The notes beneath the pieces were generated by a model. It saw only the letters and a program-made list of their open reading frames with translations. It was not told the DNA's origin and searched no databases. A program made the translations under genes and the position numbers. A stretch of 63,736 nt of DNA, filler included, from Octopus bimaculoides (Eukaryota), in the NCBI RefSeq assembly GCF_001194135.2. It is 6 parts of 5 records of this genome, joined end to end, with 100 filler letters (N's around TTAATTAATTAA, not from the genome) between each part and the next. Parts side by side here need not be neighbours in the genome. Positions count along the whole stretch, not along the records: positions 1 to 29,375 come from NC_068983.1; 5 more parts are not named here. One strand, 5' to 3'. Each line of letters opens with the position of its first letter. The first letter of the stretch is position 1. Of the stretch, positions 12,651 to 24,870 are shown one piece after another.

Positions 12651-13543
12651 AATTTGGTAGCAACACCTTCCTAAATGTCCACTAAGTGAATTTGAACTAG
12701 GATTCTGTAGTTCTAATGCGAATATTTTAATGCATAACCACGACTACATCCACAGATTTCTGAACACTTTTAAACTATGGTTGATTGAATAGTTTTTGGA
12801 ATTGAATTTTTTTTTTTAAACCTAATAACATACACTCAAACCAATGAATTAATATCCGCCTCGCAAGCTACACCTCCTCCGGAATATCATTTATAAAATT
12901 AATTGTTTCTGGTTTCTTTTGATTGAGTATACTTTGAGTGGAATCGGAAATGAGATGTAACATGTCATTTTCAAGAACAGTGGTATTTTACTAAATCAAA
13001 CTGGTTCATTATCTCGTTTTAATCATTTGCTGTTGTTATCTTTTTTTTTTTTTACCTTTTTACCGCTTGCTCAATATTGTTAAATTGATTGCTTCCTTAC
13101 GACACCTAATAGTTCCTTACGTAAGGCCTGCCATTATTCAAGTTCTTCAGATGGTGAAGTGACAAATGAAATATCAAATCGCTAGATTTGGTATCAAAAA
13201 TAATAATTAAAAAATATGGACGCCTCACTTGTAATGCTGTCTGTCGGCTGTTATATTAAGTGGAAGAAGTCTTCATGAGCACTATCTTAAGCATCCAACA
13301 AAATAAAACGACTCCACTCTTATGTAGAGGCGATCAGAAAAATATCAGTCCTAAAATACGATTTTATAATCCAGTCTTTTGACGTCTGTCATAAGGTTTT
13401 GGAATCGGTCTTATCAATATAAACGTTTTTTTATTACTCTCTTTTATTATTTTACTTGTGTCAGACATAGGAAACTGGCCATGCTGGGGCTCCACTTTGA
13501 AGGGTATAATCGATCAAATTGAGCCATGTACTCTTTTAGTCTG

Positions 13544-13747
13544 TTTTACTTGTTTCAGTCATTTGACTGCGGCCATGCTGGAGCACCGCCTTGAGTCGAG
13601 TAAATCGACCCTAGGACTTATTCTTTGTAAGCCTAGTACTTATTCTATCGGTCTGTCTTGCCGAACCGCTAGGTTACGGGGACATAAGCACACCAGCATC
13701 GGTTGTCAAGCGATTTTGGGGGGACAAACACAGACACACAAACATAT

Positions 13748-13795
<48 letters not shown>

Positions 13796-13966
13796 GCATA
13801 TATACGACGGGCTTCTTTCAGTTTCCGTTTACCAAATCCACTCACAAGGCTTTGCTCGGCCCGAGGCTATAGTAGAAGACACTTGCCCAAGGTGCCACAG
13901 AGTGGGACTGAACCCAGAACCATGTGGTTGGTAAGCAAGCTACTTACCACACAGCCACTCCTGCGC
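13544..13966 (-). mobile_element. SINE family A, full length, adjacent to an older diverged tail (13436-13540)
   Basis: Same modules as 12164-12650. A further degenerate copy lies at ~13995-14310. Confidence 0.9.
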
Positions 13967-15797
13967 ATCATATATATTTTCTTTAGGAAAGATACCTAGT
14001 ACGTTTTTGATCGGTTTCTTTTTCCCAAGTCGATGATTTAGTAGACATAAACAAACCAAGAAAGTTGTGATGAGCTGGGTTAAGTAACAAACAGAAAGAC
14101 ACAGAGCAGACACAGACACACACACAGACACATATGCATGCTTACAAAATTACACACACACACACATATATTATAGCCTTCCAAGTTCACGCGGCGCGGG
14201 TCTATGTCCGAGGATATTTGCCCAAGGTGCTGTCCTGTCGAACTGAACACGAATCCACGTGTTCGTGAGTTGAAATATTTAACGACACATCCATGCTTGG
14301 GCATAGGACTACCAATAATTTCTGTACTAAAAACTCAAAGTATTAAGGAAACAAATGCTAGAAATGCTAGAAATTGTAACCGCATCTCCCTCAAACAATA
14401 TTCTACCAACCGAAAAATTGGAAATATTAGGCTGTGTCCGGGAAACATCGTCGTGTGTGTAAAGTATAAAATATTGTGTAGTCACGGCTGGAATGTCTTC
14501 GATCTTTAGACTATTTGAACGAGAACTAAATTATGGAGAGTCGACAATAGCAACAGCAAGAAAACTGTGAAAACTTTTCGCCATGTTAAGTTTATTAACA
14601 ATAGTTAAATATTCTAATAGTTAACCTTTAGTCATAAAGCATCACCGTAAGTTTTAGCTAATACTATGCACTTTTAGCAATAGTTTTGGCTTCGCTTGAA
14701 ACATTTTTATAGAGAAACTGTGTTATTCTATAGATTAAGGGTAAATGAATGTCAAATAGGATTTCAGCAAGATACGAGAACAACAAAGCAATGCATATAG
14801 AATGTATTCTTTTATAGACAGCACGATAAAGAAGTATATGACGAGCGCTGCAGATCAAGAGATTAGTTCTTAGTAAGCCGACGGAGTGACGCAAAAAATT
14901 TTCAATTTTACAATCGATGATATTCGGAAAGGACATTGGTAACAAACGTAAAATGAAAATGGATAAAGATCTACAATCGCACCCCTGTAAACATGTTAAC
15001 CTTTTGGCCAGGTCAGAAATCAATATTATATTCAAAATGAAAGGCAGTAAATTGGCAGAATCAGCAGAATGTACAACTAAATGTCTTGCAGTATTTACTT
15101 TCCTTACTGCGTGTATTATGTTCAAAGAATGCTAGGTTGAAGCTTTTTCCTTTCATCCCTTCGAAGTCGATAAAGTAAGTGTTAGCAATCTATTGTAGTC
15201 GATTCAATCGGCTATACAATGCCCTTTATAAAACGTAGCTTTTTACATAGTCAAAAGAAATCAATATTACTCTGAATCGACATTTATCACGTTAGTTTGA
15301 CACCATGCACATAAATATCTAATATAATTTATTTCTTGACTAGAGCAAGGAAGTAATCCTCCTTTGAAGCTTTATTCGGCGTGGGATTGTAAGGCATTCC
15401 ACTGATATACATCGTGTATTTTGCCATGGTAAAACTAGAAATGGCTAAATGCAATGAAATTTGTATTTTGAATCATGCGCGGTAAACTGTTAAATTGTAC
15501 TAAAATCAACTGAGGTTCTAAACCTGCAAATATTCTCGTTAATTTGCTAAGAATATCATATATTCCATCGACAAATCAGTCTTCGTCGAGCATCATTGAT
15601 TGTTCATATATCATAGCTTTGTTGATAGGTTTATGCGGATGAAGAAATAGAGCTAATTTTACGAAATGCTTCCTTGTTTTACAATTCGTCAATTCTTCAA
15701 CCAATGCATTCTACGTTATTTTACTCAACCATGTAGTCAGAGATTTACACACACACACACAGACTCACACCCGCATACACACACATATATAGAAAGA

Positions 15798-16015
15798 GGC
15801 GGCGAGCTGGCAGAAACGTTAGCACGCCGGGCGAAATGCTTAGCGGTATTTCGTCTGCCGCTACGTTCTGAGTTCAAATTCCGCCGAGGTCGACTTTGCC
15901 TTTCATCCTTTCGGGATCGATTAAATAAGTACCAGTTACGCACTGGGTCGATATAATCGAATTAATCCGTTTGTTTGTCCTTATTTGTCCCATCTGTGTA
16001 ACCCCTAAAGAAATA
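15798..16015 (+). mobile_element. tRNA-derived SINE, family B
   Basis: GGCGGCGAGCTGGCAGAAACGTTAGCACGCCGGGCGAAATGCTTAGCGGTATTTCGTCTGCCGCTACGTTCTGAGTTCAAATTCCGCCGAGGTCGACTTTGCCTTTCATCCTTTCGGG...AAGTACCAGTT. Many copies in the window. Confidence 0.9.
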
Positions 16016-16018
16016 ACA

Positions 16019-16061
<43 letters not shown>

Positions 16062-16290
16062 GCATACATACTTGAAAAGAGTGACAGTAAAAAAGACATA
16101 ACAGAAAAATATGAGTGAGCAAGGGAGAGATAACGGAGGGAATAGTGGGAGTGAGAGTGGAAGGGCGAGGACAACAGTCCTTAACTGAGCAGAGAAAAAT
16201 TTCTGTATGACTGGAACGAAATTTAAGGCGTCTTCAATGAAAAAAAAACCTCTTATTTTTTCTAATTTTTTTCATGTTAAAAGTCATATA

Positions 16291-16559
16291 TTTACATTAT
16301 TTACATTATTTACATTCGACGGATATTTGTCCTCATCTTTGTTTGTTGTTAACTCAACGATTCAGCTGATATACACTCCAGCCTTCTTCAGGTGTCTTGG
16401 GGAAATTTCGAACCTGGGTTCTCATTCCTAAGGTATTTTTCGATGTTATTATTATTCAGCCGAAACATTGTGTTAACAAGAAACAAGATGAGGACAAATA
16501 TCCGCAGAATGTAAATAATGTAAATAATGTAAATAATGTAAATTAATGTAAATAATGTA
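16291..16559. mobile_element. Short inverted-repeat element with PLE-type ends and a decayed hammerhead
   Basis: 16291-16368 is the inverted copy of ~16457-16533, and both ends carry (TTTACATTA)n 9-mers. The minus strand at 16351-16396 reads GACAC CUGAAGA A GGCUG GAGUGUAUAU CAGCU GAAU C GUU GAGUU. Confidence 0.75.
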
Positions 16560-17329
16560 CAGAATTCCTCATCTCTTAAATATAGAACTGAATCATATAG
16601 GATTATTTACACCGTTTTGCTAGCTTTAATTTCTCCAATATTGCTTTTCGAATGTTAATATTGAATTAATATAAAGACGTTAATACAATGCTGTAAATAA
16701 GAAATTGTGCTACATAACAACATTAAATTCCCTTTAATATATAAGTGCACAATATCGGAATAGGGACCTGGTACGATGGGGGGAAATATTCTAAGAAACG
16801 TTTTTATAAAATATTACTAAAACAATATATTAGTATAAATGTGCCTCATTTGAATAAGTGAACAACTAGAATATTCCGTGATTACATTTATTGAAGAAAT
16901 ATAGCAATGTCAGAATGATATGTTCGAACGTCAAAGAAATAATGAAATTCATTGCAGACCTACCTCTCGCTAAAATATATATATATTACTAAGAGTTGTT
17001 TTTCTCTTGTAAGTTAACATGAATCACGAGTCAGAGTTCATTCTTTGGAACTTCTATTGGAATCCATATGACATCTAATCCATTTACTTTATGTTTACAG
17101 AAGAGAACATATATTGTGGCATCTTTTTCCAAATCGGTTTTATTTGATAGGTGTTTTCATTTTTTATTCTTGACATGAGAGTAATAATTTTTTCATCAAT
17201 AACTATCGCTTCATTTTTCGTTTTTCGTAAAGAGAAAAAAAAACCCAAAAGCAAAAAAAAAACAAACCCAAAAGCAAAAAAAAAAACGAAAAACGAAAAA
17301 CAAACAGGATGTAACTGTCTAATTTAGAG

Positions 17330-17592
17330 TGCACCAAAATAACCCAAATATTTCTTACTTATTTGCCTTCTGACATCATTCAGGAATATTTGTGATTGGC
17401 AGATCAAGGCATTGGCGAACCATTCCTTAGTCGAAGAAAATCTTGAAAACGTATTCCGAAAGGAGTGTACATGTGCATACATACATACATACATACATAT
17501 ATACATACATACATACATACATATATACATACATACATATATACATACATACATATATACATACATACATACATACATACATACATACATAC
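17330..17592 (+). mobile_element. LINE 3' end followed by (TACA)n tail
   Basis: Ends ...GEPFLSRRKS* (GAAAATCTTGAAA), similar to the ends at 18845-18955 and 19003-19115, and runs into a long (TACA)n tract. Confidence 0.45.
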
Positions 17593-18073
17593 ACAGAGAC
17601 ACAAACTCACACACATCTAATACAACCTGAATAAATATTTGTAAGTATGGTTATGCGTGTATGCATGGTTGTATGAGTATGTATATANNNNNNNNNNNNN
17701 NNNNNNNNNNNNNNNNNNNNNNNNNNNNNNNNNNNNNNNNNNNNNNNNNNNNNNNNNNNNNNNNNNNNNNNNNNNNNNNNNNNNNNNNNNNNNNNNNNNN
17801 NNNNNNNNNNNNNNNNNNNNNNNNNNNNNNNNNNNNNNNNNNNNNNNNNNNNNNNNNNNNNNNNNNNNNNNNNNNNNNNNNNNNNNNNNNNNNNNNNNNN
17901 NNNNNNNNNNNNNNNNNNNNNNNNNNNNNNNNNNNNNNNNNNNNNNNNNNNNNNNNNNNNNNNNNNNNNNNNNNNNNNNNNNNNNNNNNNNNNNNNNNNN
18001 NNNNNNNNNTATATATATATATATATATATATATATGAACGTATATATATATATGGATGTAGCTGTATATACA

Positions 18074-18125
<52 letters not shown>

Positions 18126-18359
18126 AGTGTGTATATACACACAAACACACATATATGAATGTATGTATACATGTATAAGAATGCATGGATTTGTATACAG
18201 AAATGAATGTATATATACATATATATGTATATCTATATCTATCTCTCTGTCTACTTACATTCGTACGTTCCTACCTACCCACCTAAACACCCACCTACCT
18301 AAACACCCACCTACCTCCCTTCCTATCTATCTATCTATCTATCTATCTGTCTCTCAGTC

Positions 18360-18450
<91 letters not shown>

Positions 18451-18451
18451 C

Positions 18452-18491
<40 letters not shown>

Positions 18492-18844
18492 TATGTATAT
18501 ATATTTCCTTGCTTATGTGTGTGATTATTTGGTTTGCCAGAAAGTTAACATTTCAAATTTCAAACGCTACTTTCGCCCCAAGTGCACCCGAATGCCCTGA
18601 CCATAAACTGCTATTCATTTATCAAACGAATAATCTGGAAAGGAAAAGTCTCTTGGCATACATTGGAGTATACATTTACGTCTCTCTCGCTTACGTTTTT
18701 GAAGAGATGAACATATATACTTGATTGTATTTTATCCGGCGTTTACCGGTTTCGACCTCCAGGGTTCTTGAGTAAATATGATTGAAATGTATGTATGTAT
18801 GTATGTATGTATGTACGTATGTATGTATTTATGTATATATGTAT

Positions 18845-19115
18845 GTATGTCATTATTCAATTTATTTCAAGATTTGTTGACAATAGAGAAAACACCGGTT
18901 TCTAATTTAGACCCAAGGCTCTTTAATTGGAATTACAACAACATCGTGCATTTGCATATATGTATGCATGGATGGATGTATGTATAATTCTATGTATGTA
19001 TGTATGTATGTCATTATTAAGTTTATTTCAAGATTTCTTGCCAATAGAAAAAGAATCGTCTTCTAACCTATATCCAAGGTTCCTTATTGGAATTTTAACA
19101 TCATCAACAAAGTAT
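18845..19115 (-). mobile_element. Two tandem LINE 3' ends in (TATG)n tracts
   Basis: 18845-18955 and 19003-19115 are homologous. They read SLGSKLETGVFSIVNKS* and DDVKIPIRNLGYRLEDDSFSIGKKS*, each followed by AATAAA.T.AATAATGAC(ATAC)n. Confidence 0.6.
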
Positions 19116-19129
19116 TTTTGTTTTAATGT

Positions 19130-19440
19130 ATGTATGTATGTTTAATGCATGTATTCTAATGCATATAGTTGCATATCTAGACATGCTCATATATTTTAAA
19201 ATGATACACTTCTGGAAAGTTTTACGGAATTTTACAGTTCCAGTGACGGACAGGATCTGTAGTCTTCGAATTTACTTTCTCCTTTCTGGTTTTGAGAAGC
19301 CTAATTTCTCAAGATTGGTATTTAGCCAGTGTGCTACATATCCCATCACTTCAATATTCACAGGTATAAACCTGAACGTGTAATCTGGATAGAGTACCTG
19401 CAAATTTTTCAATAGTTCAGCTGAAATATGTTGTTGAGTT
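19130..19440 (-). pseudogene. RLE-type (CRE/NeSL/R4-like) non-LTR retrotransposon C-terminus and 3' UTR
   Basis: AELLKNLQVLYPDYTFRFIPVNIEVMGYVAHWLNTNLEKLGFSKPERRK*IRRLQILSVTGTVKFRKTFQKCII, then 3' UTR GAGCATGTCTAGATATGCAA and an (ATAC)n tail. The 3' UTR recurs at ~27490-27580. Confidence 0.7.
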
Positions 19441-19809
19441 GGTTTGTTGGTTGAACAGTGGATTCATATACTCAAGCGTGTGAATCTATTCACAATAGAA
19501 TCTCAGATGGAGAATTCTGGAATGTCCTACAAATGTTTATTGTGCGTCACCTTCTTTCGCTCTTTCTGCATGAAACCGAGTATTTCTAGGTTTTTGTGCA
19601 AATCTGTTGCTATATAATCTAAAGCACCTATGATGATGTATGTGTGTATTTATACATATGTATGTGTGTATATATGTATGTGTGTATATATGTATGTGTG
19701 TATATATGTATGTTCTCTCCTATGTTTGAGTATTAGAAGTTTTCCTGTGAGGAAGCAACTCGTTTTTAACAAACATACAAACGACCATCATTGGAATGTC
19801 GGTAACAGC

Positions 19810-20140
19810 GGCAATGTTACAAGTTGAACATTAGAAACGTGTTGCGTATCTTTACTGTTCGCTTCCAGATTGTATTTCTAATGAGTTTGTGAGCTTCCCT
19901 TTTCAATTTCCGACAATCATAGCCTTTCCTTACTGTCACTAAAGCACCTTGTAACAAAAACGTTGACGCCAGGTATTATTGGTATACATGTGAATTTATA
20001 ATCTGGGTATAGAAAGTGGAGGACTGAAAGCAGTTGTCCGTAGTTATCCTCTTCCTCTTTGATTTTCGATAAGATATTCACATTAGCAGGACATGTGTCC
20101 TCTGTGTTGGTAATCCTATTTTTGTTAGTTCAAAACAACG
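19810..20140 (-). pseudogene. Second RLE-type retrotransposon endonuclease/C-terminal remnant
   Basis: TCPANVNILSKIKEEEDNYGQLLSVLHFLYPDYKFTCIPIIPG. Homologous to 19200-19440 (LYPDY.F..IP) and consistent with a PD-(D/E)xK restriction-like endonuclease region. Confidence 0.7.
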
Positions 20141-21934
20141 GTATCCGGTCTAGGATGTAGTTATTTGTGACAAAAAAACCAAACAAAAACAACAAAAAAG
20201 GGAGACGAGTTAAAATAACAAAGGTTGATACTTAGGAAAATTGGAAGAAGTCTTCGACGTTTCGTGCCTATGCGTGTGCATGCTTATCCACGTCTGTGCA
20301 CATGCATGTGTCTCAATGCCTGTATTTCTGGATACTGACGTAAAGTGGTGTGTCATTCTTTATCGCTCTATGGCAAAATATAAGTTGTACTGAAATAAAT
20401 ACAAAAGATCAATGTGATTGACTTTTATCGCAGTCCAATAAATTAAACCAGGAAAAGAATAAAAATAAATGTAATACAGAATTTCAATTCGCGAAAGAAA
20501 CCACATTATTGTTACATCGCTTTTTCAAACCTAATGTTTATTTCAATCGCATTTTGAAAATTGATATTGAAGTACGCTTAATCAAAGACACTTGGGAGTA
20601 AAGAAATTAGATTACAAGTATTAATCTTCTAATATCTTGAGTATATAGAAACGACAGAAAAGAATTTCATTAATGGGTATACCTATCTTGTATTTAAGCC
20701 AACTTAGTTAAATTGAAAACTGTCCTGATTCACGGATATACAACTTCTATCTTTATTTCTCTCCAATTTCCCCCTCTTTCTTTCTGTATACTTGTGCTTA
20801 ACATATGCATGCATACATATATACATACATGCATACCCCCCCCCCCACATTTTTGCATACATACATTACAATTCATTGCGTCTACAGTGAAGCATTATGA
20901 GAAATTATGAATAATATTTAATATCCCTGAATAATAACTTCTCTGTAGACACCATAATCTTTACACGGAAATAGTCAATCACATTAACAAATAAAGATGC
21001 AAGCGGCAATTATTAAACGTAGTCTATTGATATTGTATTCAGCTATATTTTCTATATTCACTATCACACATGAACACACAAACGCACATATATACACACG
21101 CACTGAAACACATACACACACGCGAGCACGAACTTATCTCCCGCTTTCACTGTGAACAACAATTATTTTTTTTCTATTTAAATACTGTTAATCCAGCTGG
21201 GATTAATAACCGAGTTGACTTCCTCTAAAAACAATGCCTGGACCTCTCTCCCATCTTACCAAGAAAACATAAAGCCGTTCACATTTTGTTGATATGCATT
21301 CCCCTACCAACTAACACTTCTCCTACCCCTGAACCACGCATGAATAACCACACGCTATTATGTTCTGTTAATATTACTCATATGGCAACACTCTACATCC
21401 AAATTCTTTCTGTACAACACACATTTCTCTCACTCTCCCAACAAGCCGACACGTATTTCCCTACACACATACACAGCATGCTCACGCGCCCCCTTGCACC
21501 TTGTTTTCTTTATCTCCCTCATCCCTCACATTAGACCTGCAAAACAATATTTGGCTCATTTCCGCCCTACTATCTTCTATTCTGCCATTCACCTTCCTGA
21601 TTTCGCTGAAATGTGCATCGCTTTTATACACACACGCACATACACACACACACGTATATATTACTTAGTATTTTGCTTTCTCTTTCCTTTGTTCATGACA
21701 AAGGATACCACTTTCTGAAACGTTGATTTATTATCAGTTCATTCCTTCCAGCTTTGTTGAATATTAGCTTTAACTCTTGCTCCATTTGCACGTTGTTCTG
21801 ATGCATTTTGAATTCTCTTTCTTTCTCTTGTGACTTTACTTAGTTTATTAGCAAGCTGGGGCTGAGGACTCGGGTTACAAGATAATGTACAAATTAGAAA
21901 CTCCCTTTGGTCATGAATGCAATGGGATTGCATT

Positions 21935-22155
21935 TAGAATGATACCCTCCGAGTCATAAATCCGGGAAAACTAGATTATGCGAGACCAGCGGTCACCCAT
22001 GCATACCATCCTCCACTCACCATGCCGCCAATGTTATCCAAGCGCAAAGCAAAGACCGATACAACTTGGCACCATAACGTCGGAACTCATTTGTAGAGCT
22101 GAGTGAATTGGTGCAACGTGAAATAAAGTGCACTGCTCAAGAACACAATACGCAG
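21935..22155 (-). mobile_element. SINE fragment sharing the central segment of family C
   Basis: GAGCTGAGTGAATTGGTGCAACGTGAAATAAAGTGCACTGCTCAAGAACACAA matches 46400-46450. Confidence 0.55.
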
Positions 22156-22164
22156 ATATATATA

Positions 22165-22885
22165 TGAGTTCGATTTTCATCCTCAGAGATTGCATTTTCC
22201 TCCGGGAAGTGTTCCGCAACCATATGATGAATTGGATCATATACAAAGCTTAAATAGTCTTGACTATCGATTGTACCATGAAGGGAAACGATTGGGCCGG
22301 CGGATTTTCAAGATATAGCCCCCCCCCCCACACATCATCACAAATCCACCTCCATGTTTAACAGTTGGAAGAAAGCAGTCTGCGTCAAATGCTTCTTTTG
22401 GATGTCTCCACACGTATACTAGGTCGGTGGTCGGAAATAAGGTAAAAGATGAATCGTCCGTGAAAATAACATTCTTTCACTGCTCTAGGGATCAATTCTG
22501 TAGGTTTGTACTCAACTGTAACGTTTGCTTTTGAAAGAAGTGGTTTTCTGAGTGCAGCCCTCCAATGAAATTCGGCCTTATGCAGCTCTCGGCGAACAGT
22601 TTTTGTGAAAACTGGGTTCTCGAAGTGGTCATTAATTTCTGCTGTAATTTTGGGAGTTGTACTTTTGTGATCCGTTCTAACAATTCGCGTAAGAGTCCGA
22701 CAGTCCTTATCAGAAAGTTTTGGTTTTCTTCCGCAGTTTTATTTCAATGAGGAGTTTTTCCCTCTTTGCGAAAGGCTGTCATTACTTTCGAAACAGTACT
22801 TCTTGATACACCAAACATTTCGGCTGTTTTTGTTACGCTAGCGCCTGCCCTTGTGAGCACCATAACAATTTGACCTATTTGAAAG
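22165..22885 (-). pseudogene. Tc1 (DD34E-type) transposase remnant, most of the ORF
   Basis: FQIGQIV...GASVTKTAEMFGVSRSTVSKVM, GRKPKLSDKDCRTLTRIVR, RAALRKPLLSK, N*SLEQ*KNVIFTDDSSFTLF...VYVWRHPKEAFDADCFLPTVKHGGGFVMM, AIS*KSAGPIVSLHG...ENAISEDENRTH. Several frameshifts and Trp-to-stop changes. Confidence 0.9.
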
Positions 22886-23425
22886 CCCGCTACATCTCTT
22901 ATTTAATTAATTTTAATTACCTTTTCCTGATGATATCTGAAAAGAAACAGCAATTTTTGCAAAACATATTAGAGCAACACTAAAAATAAATCAAAAAATA
23001 TTTTAAAAAACAGCTTTTGACGGTTTTATAGATATTTCAAAATTATGATGGGAGGATGGTAGGTGTTTTCAGTATTTTGTTCAACCTCTGTATATATANN
23101 NNNNNNNNTATATATATATATATATATATATATGCAAACATGATTATAAACACACCACACACACACACACACATACATACACACATGCACAATGCTACTG
23201 TCATTTTAAGAAGTTCAGGCATGCATATCTGTCAGAGATTGTTTTTGATTATTTCCCAATATAATTATGTCGCCTTTATTCAGTTCACGCACGTAAACAG
23301 ATTTTTCTCTCCTTTATACCCATCTCCCTCTCTGTCTGTCTCTCTCTCTTTCACACACACACACAGACCTATATGTATCTATATATATTTTTGTGTATGT
23401 GTGTATATGTGTATGTGTGTATGTG

Positions 23426-23470
<45 letters not shown>

Positions 23471-23954
23471 GTGTATGCTTGCATGTGTGATTTGTAACCC
23501 GCTAACGCAACATCATAAATTTATCTGTGAGAATTCAAAGGAATTCCTCCTCACCATGAACATGGTTTTCATAGATGCAGCTCAATTGTGACGTTGTCAT
23601 GTCGCCAACTCCTTGAGCTCCGGCGCACCACATGTTCCCTCGTTTCTTTTCAGTTGGAAGCTTATTAGCTTAATTTATTCCAGCTGCGTCAAGAGTCGTG
23701 AGTATTCACTTCTATCCACATAACGACTGCAAGAAGAAACAAATAACGTGTCACTGTTCTCAAATGAGCAAACGAAGACGCTTCTACGTGTTTAGTTTTA
23801 ATTCCAAAAATAGTAGCCAAATCTCCCTATAACGAGCAAAACTGTCTTAACATAACACGATTCATTATTTCCTTTCTAGTATTATAAGATCTGCAATGCA
23901 TAGCGACACAGTTCTTCCCTCCCTGGTACAGCAATGTATATGTGTTATATAAGG

Positions 23955-24168
23955 TGGAGAGCTATGAGAATCGTTACGGCACCTGACAAAATGCTCAGTA
24001 GCACACTTCCGACTTCACGTTCTTTCTGATTTCAAATGTCGCTGGCGTCGATATTTGTGTTTCGTCATATGGAATCTCAATAAAATAAGTACCAGTTGAA
24101 CACTGGGGGTTGATGTAATCGATTTATCCTCTTCCTGAAATAGCTGGCCCTGTGCCAAAATTTGAAAT
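23955..24168 (+). mobile_element. SINE family B, degenerate
   Basis: GGTGGAGAGCT...GAATCGTTA...AAGTACCAGTTGAACACTGGGGGTTGATGTAATCGA...GGCCCTGTGCCAAAATTTGAAA. Confidence 0.7.
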
Positions 24169-24472
24169 TAATATATACATGTAACTGGTGTGTTCCCGAA
24201 GAAAACGGTGAGAAGAATGTCATTGCTAAAACATCTTTGATAATGATTTTGGGATAAACAACAAGAAAAACAACCGAGTATTATAAATATCTTCCCTATT
24301 ATAAACGATTCAGAAGCAGCCGAAACTTGAATTTGTAACGAGTGTTAGCAAAATATTCATATCAGAAGAGAAAGTTTTGTGTTGAGTGTGCAAGGAAAAC
24401 ATCGACATGGCAATGCATTCAATGTTATAGACGGTATTGGAAAATAAAAGCATGACTATATTTTGTACGCAA

Positions 24473-24870
24473 TTGTTGTTGTTGTTGTTGTTGGCACTCC
24501 GTCGCTTACGACGTCGAGGGTTCCAGTTGATCCGATCAACGAAACAGCCTGCTCGTGAAGTTAACGTGCAAGTGGCTGAGCACTCCACAGACACGTGTAC
24601 CCTTAACGTAGTTCTCGAGGATATTCAGCGTGACACAGTGTGATAAGGCTGACCCTTTGAATTACAGGCACAACAGAAATTGGAAGTAAGAGTAAGAGAA
24701 AGTTGTGGTGAAAGAGTACAGCAGGGTTCGCCACCATCCCCTGCCGGAGCCTCGTGGAGTTTTAGGTGTTTCCGTTCAATAAACACTCACAACGCCCGGT
24801 CTGGGAATCGAAACCGCGATCCTATGACCGCGAGTCCGCTGCCCTAACCACTGGGTCATTGCGCCTCCAC
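24473..24870 (-). mobile_element. tRNA-derived SINE, family D, full length with (CAA)n tail and 11-bp TSD
   Basis: Head GGAGGCGCAATGACCCAGTGGTTAGGGCAGCGGACTCGCGGTCATAGGATCGCGGTTTCGATTCCCAGACC (A and B boxes); tail GGAGTGCC(AAC)n. Flanked by TTTGTACGCAA (24462-24472) and TTTGTATGCAA (24871-24881). Confidence 0.9.

Noticed and set aside
14664-15125. 153-aa minus-strand ORF
   Set aside because: No recognisable domain, and its start overlaps a degenerate family-B SINE (~15041-15230); probably a chance ORF.
18740-18775. Hammerhead-like CUCAAGA...GAAACCGGUA (minus)
   Set aside because: G5 is mutated and stem I does not pair; kept only as a degenerate trace.
24790-24870. tRNA-like sequences (also SINE heads at 10001, 15798, 32720, 46460-46532, 62172)
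   Set aside because: A/B boxes are present but there is no closed acceptor stem, and each continues into a SINE body. These are SINE heads, not tRNA genes.
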